64,000 bases of DNA from Octopus vulgaris (lineage: Eukaryota). Position 1 is the stretch's first letter; each line of letters starts with the position of its first letter. Both the position numbers and the translations under genes were made by a program. Under the pieces are notes generated by a model. It was not told the DNA's origin. It did not search any database and worked only from the letters and a program-made list of their open reading frames with translations. This document shows positions 41,196 to 56,122 of the stretch, one piece after another. Location of the stretch: assembly GCA_951406725.2 (NCBI GenBank), contig OX597837.1:1178001-1242000 (forward strand), given 5' to 3'.

Positions 41196-41514
41196 AAGCG
41201 ATAAGTCGTTTGTTACTGGCGAGTCCAAGATGGGACATGTCACCTCAGCTTCTGCGATTGCCACAGGAATTCTGTTCTGAGCTCGGAACTGGTAATCTTC
41301 GCGCACGCGTGTGTGTATATACAGAGTAAATGCGCGAGAAACCGCGGTTAGGCAGCCACAGTTCTAACAACACAAAAAGGTAAATATGAAGAGAACACAG
41401 ATTCACATATACAGAGAAGCACACACACACAACCACACACGAGTGTCTATATATATGCATATATAAATATATGCAAACATAATGTAAGTACACATACATA
41501 TGAGAGTGCGTATG

Positions 41515-41920
<406 letters not shown>

Positions 41921-42200
41921 TAAGGAACAGGAAAAGAGTAAAAACTTTAAACGCAACAAATAGAAGCGGACAAATATAAGAAAGGATGAAAAGAGAAGAA
42001 AGACGACGTTTATGTTTATGTAAAGCACAACAACAGCAAAACCAACAACAATAACAACAAAAACAGTAATACCAATAACAGCAGCAGCAACAACAACAAC
42101 ACTAGAGTCCAAGAGTATTTCGTTAAACACATGTTTAATAGATTTGACAGTTAATGTCTTTACAAGGACGCATCCCAGCATCACATATGTCGGACGAGTG

Positions 42201-42249
<49 letters not shown>

Positions 42250-42731
42250 GTATGATGGGATGTGTTGCGCGTGAGTTACGCGTTTCTGTTTTCATGCATC
42301 GTACTTTTAACTTGGCTCTTTCTCTCTCTCTCTCTGTCTCTCTCTCTCTCTGTCTCTCTCTCTCTCTCTCACTCTTTGTGTGAATGTGTGTTCATATACA
42401 TACATGTGTGTGTGTGTGTGTGTGTGCGTGTAATTAGGGTGTAAAGAAATCTGTGTTGTCCAAGCTAACATCCACACATACGTAGTTCACGAATACACAT
42501 CATACTACGTACCACCTACTTCGACAAATAAAGCCTCAGAAAACATCCAGTTGCCTATAGCTACAAAAACCAAATGCCAAAGAACTATTATTCAAAGAAG
42601 ACCAATCCCGTGCGCACCCCTACCCAAGCCAAATACATCAAGGCCAAACCCACCAGCCAATCTCCAGCGTATCTGAAGAAACGTAGCCCGAAATGTAATA
42701 GCTGGCCACTCTTGTGAATCTACGCCTCTGC

Positions 42732-42884
42732 GTTTGTGTGGTAAGAGCCTAGCTCCCGAACCACAGGGTTCCGGGCTCAGTCCCATTGCATAGCGCCTCG
42801 GACAAGTGTCTTCTATTATAGCCTCGTACCAGCCAAAGACTTCTGAGTGAATTTGGATGATGAAAACTGAAAGAAACCCGTCAT
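42732..42884 (+). mobile_element. Family A SINE, 5' half
   Basis: tgtgtggtaagagcctagc..ggttccgggctcagtccca..caagtgtcttcta..aactgaaagaaacccgtc. Confidence 0.85.
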
Positions 42885-42907
42885 CCACACACACACACCC
42901 ATGTGTA

Positions 42908-42958
<51 letters not shown>

Positions 42959-43079
42959 GAAAAAGGAAAAGAATAACTTCACTAAATTTGTGAACCACCA
43001 GCGAAGTCATTATTTTCCTTTTCCGAATACACCGAAACGTACCAACGATTTCAAACATCGTCCTATCCCTCTCTCTCCT

Positions 43080-43100
43080 TTCTCTCCCTCTCTCTCTCTC

Positions 43101-43189
<89 letters not shown>

Positions 43190-43284
43190 CATATATGCAT
43201 ATATATATACATATATACATACACACATATATATATATATATATATACATATATGCATATATATATACATATATACATACACAC

Positions 43285-43315
<31 letters not shown>

Positions 43316-43350
43316 CATATATATACATATATACATACACATATATATAT

Positions 43351-43385
<35 letters not shown>

Positions 43386-43418
43386 CATATATATATACAT
43401 ATATACATACATATATAT

Positions 43419-43472
<54 letters not shown>
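43080..43472. repeat. (CT)(TA)(CATA)(CA) compound microsatellite
   Basis: Seen directly. Confidence 0.9.
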
Positions 43473-43479
<7 letters not shown>

Positions 43480-43618
43480 CGTAGGTTTCTAAATGAATGT
43501 TTGTCTTGTTCGTATTTTTCACCAGTTTTTAGCAAAGCAAAAAAAACCGAAACAATAAATAAATAAATCAATAAAATGATAAATAAAATACATACATTCA
43601 CACATACACAAATCCCTT

Positions 43619-43658
<40 letters not shown>

Positions 43659-44123
43659 ACGAAACTGTCCAAATGTTACCGCCATAAACACTTTATATTC
43701 TGCCCCTTGCGTCGCTGATCAATATGTTTTGTAAAGATTTACTGAGTGTGTTGTAATAATTGTGAATGAAATACTATAGACAAAACCAAGAAGAAGAAGA
43801 ACAACAACAACAGGCAGAAGACCACGTAGACGGTAGTGGTTAAAGCTTCAACCAATTTGTTTCGGTAACTAGAATTATTGTTTGTAAGGGAGAACCAATA
43901 CAATGACACACACACAAAAAAAAAAAGACAAAAACACACAAAAAAGACCAAAAAAGAAAAAAAGAAAAGAAACGGACATGAGTAAAATTAATAATCTATG
44001 AGCAGCCAATCGCTTTCGTAGTCTCCCTGGTTGGTGTCTTGGAAGAAATCTTTGTCTGATTCCTTGTCTATTTACATATCTCTAATTGTTTCCACCCCAC
44101 TTCTTTCGTTTCATATCTATCTA

Positions 44124-44202
<79 letters not shown>

Positions 44203-44258
44203 ATGCATATATATGTGTGTGTGTGTGCGTATATGTGTATATGCATATATATGTGTTT

Positions 44259-44291
<33 letters not shown>

Positions 44292-44414
44292 ATATATATA
44301 TGTATATATATGTATATATATATATATGTATATATATATGCGTATATATATGTGTGTATATATATATATATATATGCGTGTATATATGTATATATATGTA
44401 TATATATATCCTTT

Positions 44415-44612
44415 AATTCTTTTACTTGTTTCAGTCATTTGACTGCGGCCATGCTGGAGCACTGCCTCTAGTCGAGCAAATCGACCCTAGGACATATTCT
44501 TTGTAAGCCTAGTACTTATCCTATCGGTCTTTTTTGCCGAATCGTTAAGTTATGAGGACCTAAACACACCAACGTCAGTTGTCAAGCGATGTTGGGGAGA
44601 GAAACACACACA

Positions 44613-44668
<56 letters not shown>

Positions 44669-44841
44669 TAGATATATACGTCGGCCTTCTTTCAGTTTCC
44701 GTTACGAAGTCCACTCACAAGTCTTTGATCGGCCCTAGGCTATAGTAGAAGTCACTTGCCCATGGTGCCACGCTGTGGGACTCGACCCCAAACCATATGA
44801 TTGGTAAGCAAGCTACTTACTATTCAACCACTCCTGTGCCT
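44415..44841 (-). mobile_element. Family A SINE, full length
   Basis: cttttacttgtttcagtcatttgactgcggccatgctggagcac..ggtgccacgctgtgggactcgacc..gtaagcaagctacttac. Confidence 0.9.
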
Positions 44842-45204
44842 ATATATCTCTCTCTATATATATATATATACACACACACACCATATCTATATATATATTT
44901 GTACACGTGTATATATCTACACATACACCCATTGGTGGCTTGCCAAACACTTCCCATCCATTTCGTTTCGCTGCCAAATTTCAAACAACCGATTTACTGA
45001 ACTATAAAAAATATTTAACCACGTGAGCTCCATAAAAATTCTGAATTCATCAGTTAATTATAGATTCATTGAATTACCTCTTGATTAAAAAAATAGTAAA
45101 TTGTTAAATTCTGCTTGGATTCGAAGCACACCTCGTGATAAGACCATTTTATATTGTGTAGGCGGCCGAGTGTGTTTTGTCCATTTCTTTCTCCATATAC
45201 ACAT

Positions 45205-45450
45205 GGGTGTGCATGTAAAAAGCCTGTTTCCCATCTATGTGGCCTAAGGTTCAATCCGGCTGTTTTGTACCTCGAGCAAGTGTCTTCTATAGGACTGGAC
45301 AAGCCTCAGCCTTGTGGCGTAATATGGTAGATGAAAACAGAAACCCGTCGTGTCTGTGCCCTTCTGTTTAGCCCCACGACTGCATGACAACAGGTGTTCG
45401 TTTGTTTACGTCTCCGAAACTTAGCAGTTCCGTAAAATAGAGGATAAAGT
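45205..45450 (+). mobile_element. Family A SINE, diverged
   Basis: ggttcaatcc..gagcaagtgtcttctata..gaaacccgtcg..gtttacgtctccgaaacttagcagttc. Confidence 0.65.
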
Positions 45451-46282
45451 TTAGTATCAGTAAAAACAAGTAAATATATTTTATCTGAAATTTTATCCTT
45501 AGCTGTAATTTTCCAGGCTTGTAACTTAAGAATATTATTTCTCTTCCTCGCATTTTTCCATGTAACCTATATTTTTTTCAGGTTATGCTAATTTATAATG
45601 TGTCAATTAGTGGTATCGTTAATAATACTTTTTATTTACCTCAATGACGCCAGTAACATATATTAAGAGTCCCTTTACAGAACTATATTCATAAAAATGT
45701 GGAGAACTATATCATCACCCTCAAATTTGAGAAACAAATACTCATAACTTTTTTGTCTTTTAAAACTTCATTGCATGAGATTGATACCATGAAATTCCTC
45801 GAATGGAGCCCTGTCATTTAAGCTTAATTAAAATATAGTTTGTTTTTAAAATGAAAAGTTAATTATACTTAAATCCAATTGTTTACCTTATACTTTTTTC
45901 CCATGATATTTTACCTCACAACTTTTTTGATACGAATTGTTGTTGCATGGGAACAAAGGTATGGAATTCCTCATGCTTTCTGCTATCACTGAACCTAAGA
46001 TAAATATGTTTTACTTTTTAAATAAAAAAAGTTATTTAGATGTAAACTTGATTGGTGGCATTACTTACTCTCCTATAACATTGTTACAAATTTTGATGTA
46101 AACTTTTTCTACTGGATTAAATCTCAATTTTTTTTTAATGCCAAAATACCCTCTTCAAAAATGTTAGCAGTTTTCAATTTGGTTCAGAGCTGAATTAGTG
46201 ACAAAGCTCTGAAAGATGCTGCGTGTGAGCAAATTGCAGCCTTAAGCATATTATTCAACTACTACCGTAATTGAATGATATA

Positions 46283-46492
46283 CAGGGTTGGTCAAAAGTC
46301 ATCCGACAGTAAATCAAAATTCCATAAATACTCAGTTTTATTCATTCATTCCAGTTATGAATGTTAAATAATTAAATGCTGTGAGTTAAAATCACGGTTT
46401 TTTTTTAACATTTATTATTAACGAAGTCTCATATAAAATATTTTTTATTTTAATCTTGGAATTCGATTTACTGTCAGGTGACTTTTGGCCAA
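46283..46492. mobile_element. Tc1/mariner-type MITE
   Basis: TA then cagggttggtcaaaagtcatccgacagtaaatc pairs with gatttactgtcaggtgacttttggccaa; outer 5 nt of the right TIR missing. Confidence 0.75.
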
Positions 46493-46851
46493 GACTTTCG
46501 AAACGTAGAGTAGATTAAACCATAGCGACTACTCTATTTTTTTTTGTTGTTTTAAAAAAAAATGTCCAGTTCCTTTGGTTTGTGTCTATGTTTTCGTTTC
46601 TCATTGTGTTCGACGTCCTTTTTGGTGTCCTGTACTCATATATGCGTGTATATGTACATGTAGGTAGGTACGTACATATATGTTTATATATATGCATATG
46701 TTTTATTTTATTTATTAATATATATATATATATATATATAGCTGTAATTTATAAAAATAAAACAAAAAACAAACAAACGATGAAGACTATTGTGTAAACA
46801 ACAAACAGATGTATTAGTTTAATGCTCGGGAAGTGGGAAAGTTTTATATAC

Positions 46852-46898
<47 letters not shown>

Positions 46899-47627
46899 TA
46901 TTAATAATGATATGGAGAACGATATTTTTCACATCTTTAATTTTATTTAAGACTGTAAATAACTGTTAAATAAAATCATGGATGTGAGAAATCTCTGCTC
47001 TTATCATTATTGATACTATTACGTAAACCACAGAAAATATGCAGTCTTGAACAATACGCTCAGATTTACCTAGCGAGAAAAGTTACTAAAGCCTAGTAAC
47101 GTATTGTTAGCTTAGGTACCACATAAGGACCGTTGTGGTTAGCTGCCATCTGAAAGCGACTTATGAGGAAACGCGGTAACCACCAGGATAATATATCTCT
47201 TTAAACTCATTTTTGATGCAAGCATATAAAATTTCGAGTTACACTAAGAAGTGGTGCTTGGTGTCGGAATATTCTACTCGAGTCATATGCATCAAACTCC
47301 TCCAAATCATTGTGTCTGCAAGTGGAGTGAAAATCGATTAGTATATATTGGTATCGAGTCATATAAGCTGTAAGAATGAAGTCAAACCAAGTAAGCATAT
47401 TTTGAAATCGTTTATTACGTACGTTTCAGTTTTGCGTTATATATAATAGGAAATGCGTCCATTACCTTCTTCAGTTAACGCATATCAAATTTCTGACTTT
47501 GAAACGCTTTAATCGAGGAAGGTCTTACGTAATCGATGCATGTTCTACAATATAACAGGCAGACCTAAAACATACATGTTAAACAATATCAAAATATCTT
47601 TACTTGGTTTAACTTCAACATTACAAT

Positions 47628-47666
<39 letters not shown>

Positions 47667-48379
47667 CACATAACACTTATATAGATTACCTGCTCATCAA
47701 GACAGCAAACCATGACCGATATTTCAAAATTAATTTTGAAATAATTGATGGTGATGATGATGATGCAAGTAAGGATAAAGACGATGGTGGTGGAGATATT
47801 GATGATAAAGAAGGTAGTGTGCCACGATACTGACGAGGAGGGTGTTCCTGATAAAGAGGGTGGTGGTGGTAATGGTGATGTTGGCGCTGGGGGCGATGGT
47901 AACGGTGGTGCCTTCCGCCAGGAACCATATTCTGTCGATGTCAGCAATAGCGAGCAGAGATTTATTCAGCTTGACTGGTTTGTTAAATCTCATTAATGTT
48001 TCGGATTAGAGGAAATATAGTTAGACTGATCTTTTAATCTGTAGACCAGGGGTGGGTATGATGGTGATAGTCATGATGGTGCTTTATTTTTATAGTAGTA
48101 GTAGGTGGTATGGCGGTGGTGGTGTCGGTGTTAGTAGACGTTACGATGGTGGTGGCGTTAAAAGCTGTAAAGGTAGTAGCAGAGGAGGTTATGGTATTAG
48201 TATTGAGATGATGGTTGTCATGGTAATGGGATGAGGGCTGTGCTGCTGATAGTGGTGGCAGCAGTGATGGTTATAGTGAAGAAGTGTATACAAGGGTCGT
48301 GTATGTGTGTGAGTGAGTGTGTGTGCGTGTGTGTATGTATGTATGTATGTATGTATGTATATATGTATATATAGATATA

Positions 48380-48555
48380 TGGCGTGGCTGTGTGGTAAGT
48401 AGCTTGCTTCTCAACCACATGCTTCCGGGTTCAGTCTCACGGCATGGCATCTTTGGAAAGTGGCTTCTACTATTCCCTCAGACCAACCAAAACTTTGTGA
48501 ATGGATTTGTTAGACGGAAACTGAAGGAAGACTGTCGTGTATACATGTATGTATA

Positions 48556-48602
<47 letters not shown>

Positions 48603-49292
48603 TGAAAAGGCTGAATTATATTTCGTCCTTTATTTTGGAGGGTTCCAAAAAACGATTTCTAATAAAGATTCTTCATATTTTGCTGGTAGCTGACTGGCGT
48701 AAGTTTGTGAATGTGAAAATAATACTTGTATTTGGTTTGTTATGTGAATTTATGGAAAGGAATCCCATAAAACTCAATAAATTTGTTAAAAATGGAGAAA
48801 TGTTAAAATTTGAAAGAATTTTAATTCGTGCATTCCATCGTTTCAAACAGTGATGTTAAGACATGCAAATTCATGGTAGAATAATTTAATTAATTTGATT
48901 AAATTTAATTATATATCACTGTTCACTTCAGTGCAAGAAGTATAAACAAACAATTAACATTACAGAGGACTTGATAAAGGAAATAGCAGAGAATAATTCC
49001 GGATATTTATCATGGCATAATAAAGGATGTGATTCTAGTGATGTATAAACTAAAACTCTGTATATGTCTGTGTGTGTTTCTGTGTCTTGGTTTGTTCCTC
49101 CAACCCACGCTTGACAACCGGTGTTGATGTGTTTACGTCCCCGTAACTTACCGGTTCGGCAAAAAAATCGATAGAATGAGTACCAGAATTAAGAAAAGTA
49201 TTGGGTTCGATTAATCCAACTGAAATTCTTCGGGATTGATCTCGAAACGACATGGTCGCAAAGCGAAATTCTGAACGACTTAAACATAGAGA
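48380..49292 (+). mobile_element. Family A SINE split into 5' half (48380-48540) and 3' half (49062-49292) by an insert
   Basis: Two complementary halves in the same orientation, separated at the internal microsatellite by about 460 bp of AT-rich DNA. Confidence 0.7.
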
Positions 49293-49316
49293 AACATACG
49301 CACACAATGGTTATAC

Positions 49317-49421
<105 letters not shown>

Positions 49422-50079
49422 TCGCTCTCTCTTTTCCACGTCCTCGTTCCCTACATTTCCTCTCACTGTTCCTCTATATACGTTATTGGTAGAATCAACA
49501 AAAAATTACTTTAGCTAATTTGCGATAAATGTCATTAAATATATGCAGATTTTTATGTGCGAGTTACTATAAGTTTCATGCATCTGGAAATACAATCGTT
49601 AGACAAAATACACGCCATACTGTACAAGCTTGTCCGACCATTATATCTTCAGAAGCCGGAAACTAATAGTAATTCACACTTAAACTCTGGTTTATATATA
49701 GAGATAGATAGCTAGATAACACTTTTCCCTCAAAGGTAAGATTAACGAAAGAAGTGCGCCATCCGGTGGCAGATAGGCATTGGATGTATTTTTAGACAGG
49801 TTTTAAGAATACGCCTAGAAAATATCTCCAGTGTCTGAAACTATTAGTCGTTCATAGCTATAATATATACCTCTTCCACCCTCACGCATATATTTAGCAT
49901 ATGTTCGTTTCTAGTAGCTGGCCGGTTGCCCCTCCTCCTTGGGATGACCACTCAGAGACCACTAACGGTCAACGCGCAAATATGCAGCCGGCCACTATAC
50001 TGGACAGATGTTGATATAATTACATTGTTAATTCGGAAATCTATCTTGTTAATCCCAGCCTTTCAACAGAATTGCTACA

Positions 50080-50749
50080 CCTCACCACCAATGCTACTAC
50101 CACGAGTGCCACAACCAACACTACCACCACGACCACTGCAAACATCAACACAGAGACCAACACCACTACCGCGATCTCCATCACATCGTCCCTACTGCAA
50201 CGAGACCGCAAACGCGATGTGCCAACACAGCCACACCAACACAACTATACAACCACACACACACTACCACCAGTACTACCTCTGATAGGATTTCCCCCCG
50301 TGTCACATTTTTCCTACACTTCCACCGCCACCACCACTTCTAACACACGCCACTATTATGATTCTAACCAATTACCACAACCACAAATACCTTTTACACA
50401 ACTACCACCACTACTGCTGTCACCAATACCACAATCATCACTACTATTTATGTCGCCATTGTCGATACTTTTGATGCCAACACAACCACCGATGGCAACC
50501 ACTACAATGCTACCGCCAAAACTATCACCAGTACTGTATCAACAATTATTAGAATACCAACGTTCTCACAACCACCAATACTACCACCACCAAACGCAAT
50601 ATTACATCAACCACTACTTCAACACCAACATAACCACAACTATTAACATACCCAAAACCACCATGGAAACACTACTACTACTACTACTACTACTTTCACT
50701 GCTACTACTACTACCACTTTCGCCGATACTACAGTTGCTGCTGCTGCTG

Positions 50750-50826
<77 letters not shown>

Positions 50827-51480
50827 GAAACGTTTTGCTGGGTACTAGGGTCAGATACATCGACTTACCGCCTCCCCCAACATTTCAGGCCTTGTGCCAA
50901 TAGCAGAGAGGATTATCATTATTATTACAGCTGCTGCCGCTACTACTGCTGCTGCTGCTGCAGCACCGACTCCAACATTAAATCAATGCTCCACTACCAC
51001 CGCGGCAAGAACATCATCACCACCACTAACGGTACTGACACCAGTACCAGCAACGCCGATTCTGTTGGTATCGATACCATAACAACAACAACATCGCTGC
51101 CAACGCCACCACCATCGGTAACAAGAGAAAATCCATCATCATCATCATCAACGCCATTACTTCTAATACAACAACACCGCCAACAAAAATAGCATCACCA
51201 TCACCATCACCACCAACAATAACAAATACACCACCACCATCGCAACCACCACCACCGCCAACAGCAACAACAATAACAATGGCATCACAATATCAACATC
51301 CGCCATACACTACCGTCTGCAGCAATCAGTAAAAGAGCCACCATTAATAACGCCGTTGCCATCACTATCAGGCGCCGCCGCCGCCATCTCCGCCGCCGCC
51401 GCCATCTCCGCCGCCGCCATCTCCGCCGCCGCCATCTCCGCCGACGTCGCCATCATCATCATTACCACCGTCAGCGCCAT
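50080..51480. repeat. Degenerate (ACC/ACT/AAC/GCC)n field containing (CTA)n, a family B SINE tail (50843-50912) and a (CGCCGCCGCCATCTC)-type minisatellite (51372-51450)
   Basis: Seen directly. Confidence 0.8.
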
Positions 51481-51658
51481 CGTTACTTAAGCGCCGCCTT
51501 CACATTCCTCCTCCTCCCACCACCAGCTGTCCCGTCCTGTAAGTTTAATAAATATAAATGGTAAATTAACGGACAGTAAGCTGACCTTTCTTCTCTCTTG
51601 ACCCCGAAACCATGAAGGAAAAATCAAATATGGCACCCAGATTATCGAAAACTTTTAT

Positions 51659-51707
<49 letters not shown>

Positions 51708-51746
51708 CACACACAAATGCAAATGAATATACATATGTGTGATGTA

Positions 51747-51777
<31 letters not shown>

Positions 51778-51892
51778 GCACATTATTTTCACATATGTAA
51801 AGATGCATATATCTACATACATGTATACTTATGTATATATATATACACACTGGTTAAACGTATATACATGTACACATATATACATATACGTG

Positions 51893-51932
<40 letters not shown>

Positions 51933-51979
51933 AACATATATATATATATATGCATACAGACAGATATGTATCAATATAC

Positions 51980-52017
<38 letters not shown>

Positions 52018-52735
52018 GCGCGCGTATATATATGTATGCTCATATATGTATCTCTCTTCATATATATATACGCGTGTTCATACACACATACATACATGCA
52101 TACACACACATATGCAAACATGTGTATGTATATAGATACACGGAGATAAAGATATGTATGTACGTGTGTTTGTATGAATGTATGTGTGCATGTATGTGTG
52201 TATGTGTGTATGTATGTACGCGTGCTTGTCTACCCTCACATCTATACAAACATACATTCATTCGAACTCTCTCACAAAACTGGGGGAAAAAATGTGTTGT
52301 GACCGGGATGAGTTTCCGAAATGAAGCGAGAATGAAGCGAGAATGAACGAGAATTGCGGGAGGTGGGGGTCTGTGAGGTGTAGTGAGAGGTGAAGGAATA
52401 TAATGTGACATGAAACGTTAATTACGTTTGGCGTCTACAGATGTACACAGATCTTTCTATGCCTCTCTGCATACTGATGTGTGTGTGTGTGTGTGTTGTT
52501 GTGCAAATGGACGTGTGTGTTTATTTATAACTACGTGTGTGTATGTCTTGTAGTCGTTACACTGCGGTCATGCTGGAGCAACGTCTTGAAAAATTTTTAG
52601 GCGAATGAATCGACTTTTTAAGCCTGGTACTTATTCTGTCAGTCTCTTTTACCGAACTGTTAGGTTACGGGGACGTAGACACACCAACAGCGGTTGTCAA
52701 ACGATGGAGAGTGACAAACACAAGGAGAAAGATAG

Positions 52736-52774
<39 letters not shown>

Positions 52775-52872
52775 ATCAAATGAAATAATAACAGACAACT
52801 ATCCATCGTCTGTCATTATTCATTTGATTATAATACACCAAGGGGATTTAAGACTTGTCGGACACCCTAGAG

Positions 52873-53170
52873 CAGTGCTCCTGAAAGTGGTGGTCCACGG
52901 ACCAGTGCCGGTCCGTGAGCCATCAGCTGCCGGTATGCGACGATTTTCCAGAAAAGAAACAAACATTACAAAATGCTTTATGTAATATTTTATTACTTGT
53001 TTACAAAATAAATATAAGAGTTTAAAAAATTGTCAACTTTTATTATATTCATTATATGAATTGTTTCTGGTATAAATTAATATTACCAAGAAATATTACC
53101 GGTCCCTGGTATATTGGTAAAAAAAAAAAAAACTGCTGTCAGGCCCTATCAGATAGTTTGAGAAGCACTG
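52873..53170. mobile_element. hAT (Charlie-like) MITE with perfect 8-bp TSD
   Basis: TSD ccctagag at 52865-52872 and 53171-53178; TIR cagtgctcctgaaa / tttgagaagcactg. Confidence 0.9.
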
Positions 53171-53513
53171 CCCTAGAGTATACCAACAACGTACAGTTCA
53201 ACTAACGTGTAATTTGGACCAGCTCCTAAGCGATAAATAATCATAGGGTTGGTTTCTATTGTGTACCCAACCGGAATATCCTTTTCGATATTTACCATCA
53301 ATAGGCCAAAAAACAGGTTTATCCAACCCAATCTAGTGTATATTTTTTCAAGAACCCGATTCCATCTGAATTTTTATTTTAGTATTTATATATATATATA
53401 TATATATATATAGTTAATCTAAACATGAAATCACAGAGAGAAAGCACAACAACGCGAGGACGTGGAACAAGTATAGTATTATTGGACGCTCAGGAATGGA
53501 AGGAAAGAAGGAG

Positions 53514-53550
53514 GATTTAACGTTTCGAGCGGAACTCTTCGTCAGAAACC
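53514..53550 (-). ncRNA. Minimal type I hammerhead ribozyme within a (TA)n-flanked repeat (53413-53602)
   Basis: Reverse complement ggttt-CTGACGA-a-gagt(tcc)gctc-GAAA-cg-TT-aaatc; palindromic ACGT stem III as in Penelope-associated minimal hammerheads. Confidence 0.75.
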
Positions 53551-53601
53551 TAAGAAAAGTAAAGATCCAAGGAAGGGAAGACAGAGGAAAAAAATCGCCG
53601 G

Positions 53602-53659
<58 letters not shown>

Positions 53660-53998
53660 CGAAGAAATAAGAAACGAAGAAATAAACTGTAACTTCGGAT
53701 GGGAGCTAAAGGAAGTTTACCAAAAAAAAAAAAAAACAAAGAACGCATCTGAAGGGACAAGCCTTGGCACTTTACTCAGAGAAACTTGATGTCTGCTTGG
53801 ACATTATATCCCTCCTCTTAGTGTATGTATATATACACGCACACGCTTGACGGGCTTCTCTCGGTTTCTGCTTACCAAATCCACTGGGAAGGCTTTGGTT
53901 GGCCCAAAGCTATAGTAGACATTTGCCGAAGGTAACACACTGTGGGACCGAACCCGAACCATGTGGTTGGGAAGCAAACTTCGTACTACATAGTGACG

Positions 53999-54049
<51 letters not shown>

Positions 54050-54224
54050 CCAACATCATCATCATAACTATCACCACCTTCATCAGCGTTATAAAACATT
54101 GTCACCACCAACACCTCCGTCACAATAACCTCCAACATCGCCTCGTCATAAATTTTCACCTCCAGCTCCATCTCCACCACAATATTCTAATCTCATCCCC
54201 AGCACGCCGACGATTATGACACTG

Positions 54225-54490
54225 AATAGTCCAATTGATCCGATCAACGAAACAGCCTCTGAGTACTCCAGACACATGAACCCTCAATGTAGTTCTTAGG
54301 AAGATTCAGTGTGGCACAGAATGTGACAAGGCTGGCTCCTTTTAAATACTGGTGTAACTCATTTTTGCCAGCTGAGTGGACCCTGGAACAACGTGAAAAT
54401 AGTCTTTTTCAAGGACACAATGCACCTCCAAGAATCGAACTCACGTCGTTACGGTCGTGAGGCGAATACCCTAACCACTAAGCCACGCGC
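54225..54490 (-). mobile_element. tRNA-derived SINE with Deu/Nin-like centre and family C tail
   Basis: Reverse complement gcgcgtggcttagtggttaggg..gagttcgattc..tgtgtccttg..ccactcagctggcaaaaatgag..gccagccttgtcacattctgtg. Confidence 0.8.
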
Positions 54491-55336
54491 TTTTTCCATT
54501 CATCATTAACGGTTACCTCCCCTTCCTCGACATTGCCATCTTTAAAACCTCCACCAACTCCCCTCCTCCCATTAGCCCCATCATCAACAGCAGCACCATC
54601 ATCATCATCATCAACATCACTACCTTCAGATTTTTCCCGAGAATTATAACCATCACCACCTCCAACACCACCACCACCACCACCAGCGCCATCACCAGCG
54701 CCATCACTTTAGACAAACATCAGCTGGAGCTGACTGTTACATTAACTGCCCTCACCCCCTTGTATGAAATGATTACATATTGCTGACCGTACAATTGTCC
54801 GATGATTAGGGACGGCGAAGTCCCCTAATTAAAAAATCAATTGAACAGATCTAGCAACGAATTAACGTCATTATGACCGGATGACCAGCTGACCGGTCGC
54901 GAGCTGTCTGACTTTCTGTCCAGAAATTAAGGCTTGAGAGGTGAGAAGTGCACAAAACCTAGCTACGTTCTGCATTTGCTTCTGGTTTTTTTTTTGGGGG
55001 GGGGGTTCTAATTTCGTATTTAACACCTCAATTTTTAAGTCTACGAAGCCACCGGAAGTTAACTACGTCTGATTCCGGTAAACATAAACTTTGCGCGTGA
55101 AAATTTCGAGAGTAGTGAGAGAAGGCAGAAAGTATTTAATTTAGTCAGGGACTGAAAATATGAGATATGCTGTTGTTACATTTACTGTTTCGCCGAGAGC
55201 TTGTCCCCTGATGTAGAGGAACAGTCTTAAGAGACGCAAGATATTCCAGCTATGACCAATCAGTCATACTTTTCATATATAGTATAATCTGAAATAGGGT
55301 ATGCGTCGAACGATGATGATGATGATGATGATGATG

Positions 55337-56122
<786 letters not shown>

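Larger units (their letters stand above)
52548..54001 (-). mobile_element. Family A SINE split into 3' half (52548-52737) and 5' half (53845-54001) by nested insertions
   Basis: Complementary halves, both on the minus strand, interrupted at the internal (CA)/(TA) tract. Confidence 0.7.

Noticed and set aside
49914-49997. ggccgg..cctcctcc..gccggcc, HDV-like ribozyme look-alike
   Set aside because: No P1 partner or GG for P1.1 in the required order; only a short inverted repeat
50072-50848. 258-aa Thr/Pro/Leu-rich 'mucin-like' ORF
   Set aside because: Degenerate (ACC/ACT)n field ending in (CTA)n; similar fields recur on both strands across the window
54720-54930. E-box cluster and attagggac/gtcccctaat hairpin
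   Set aside because: Motifs are short enough to arise by chance, and there is no ribozyme core
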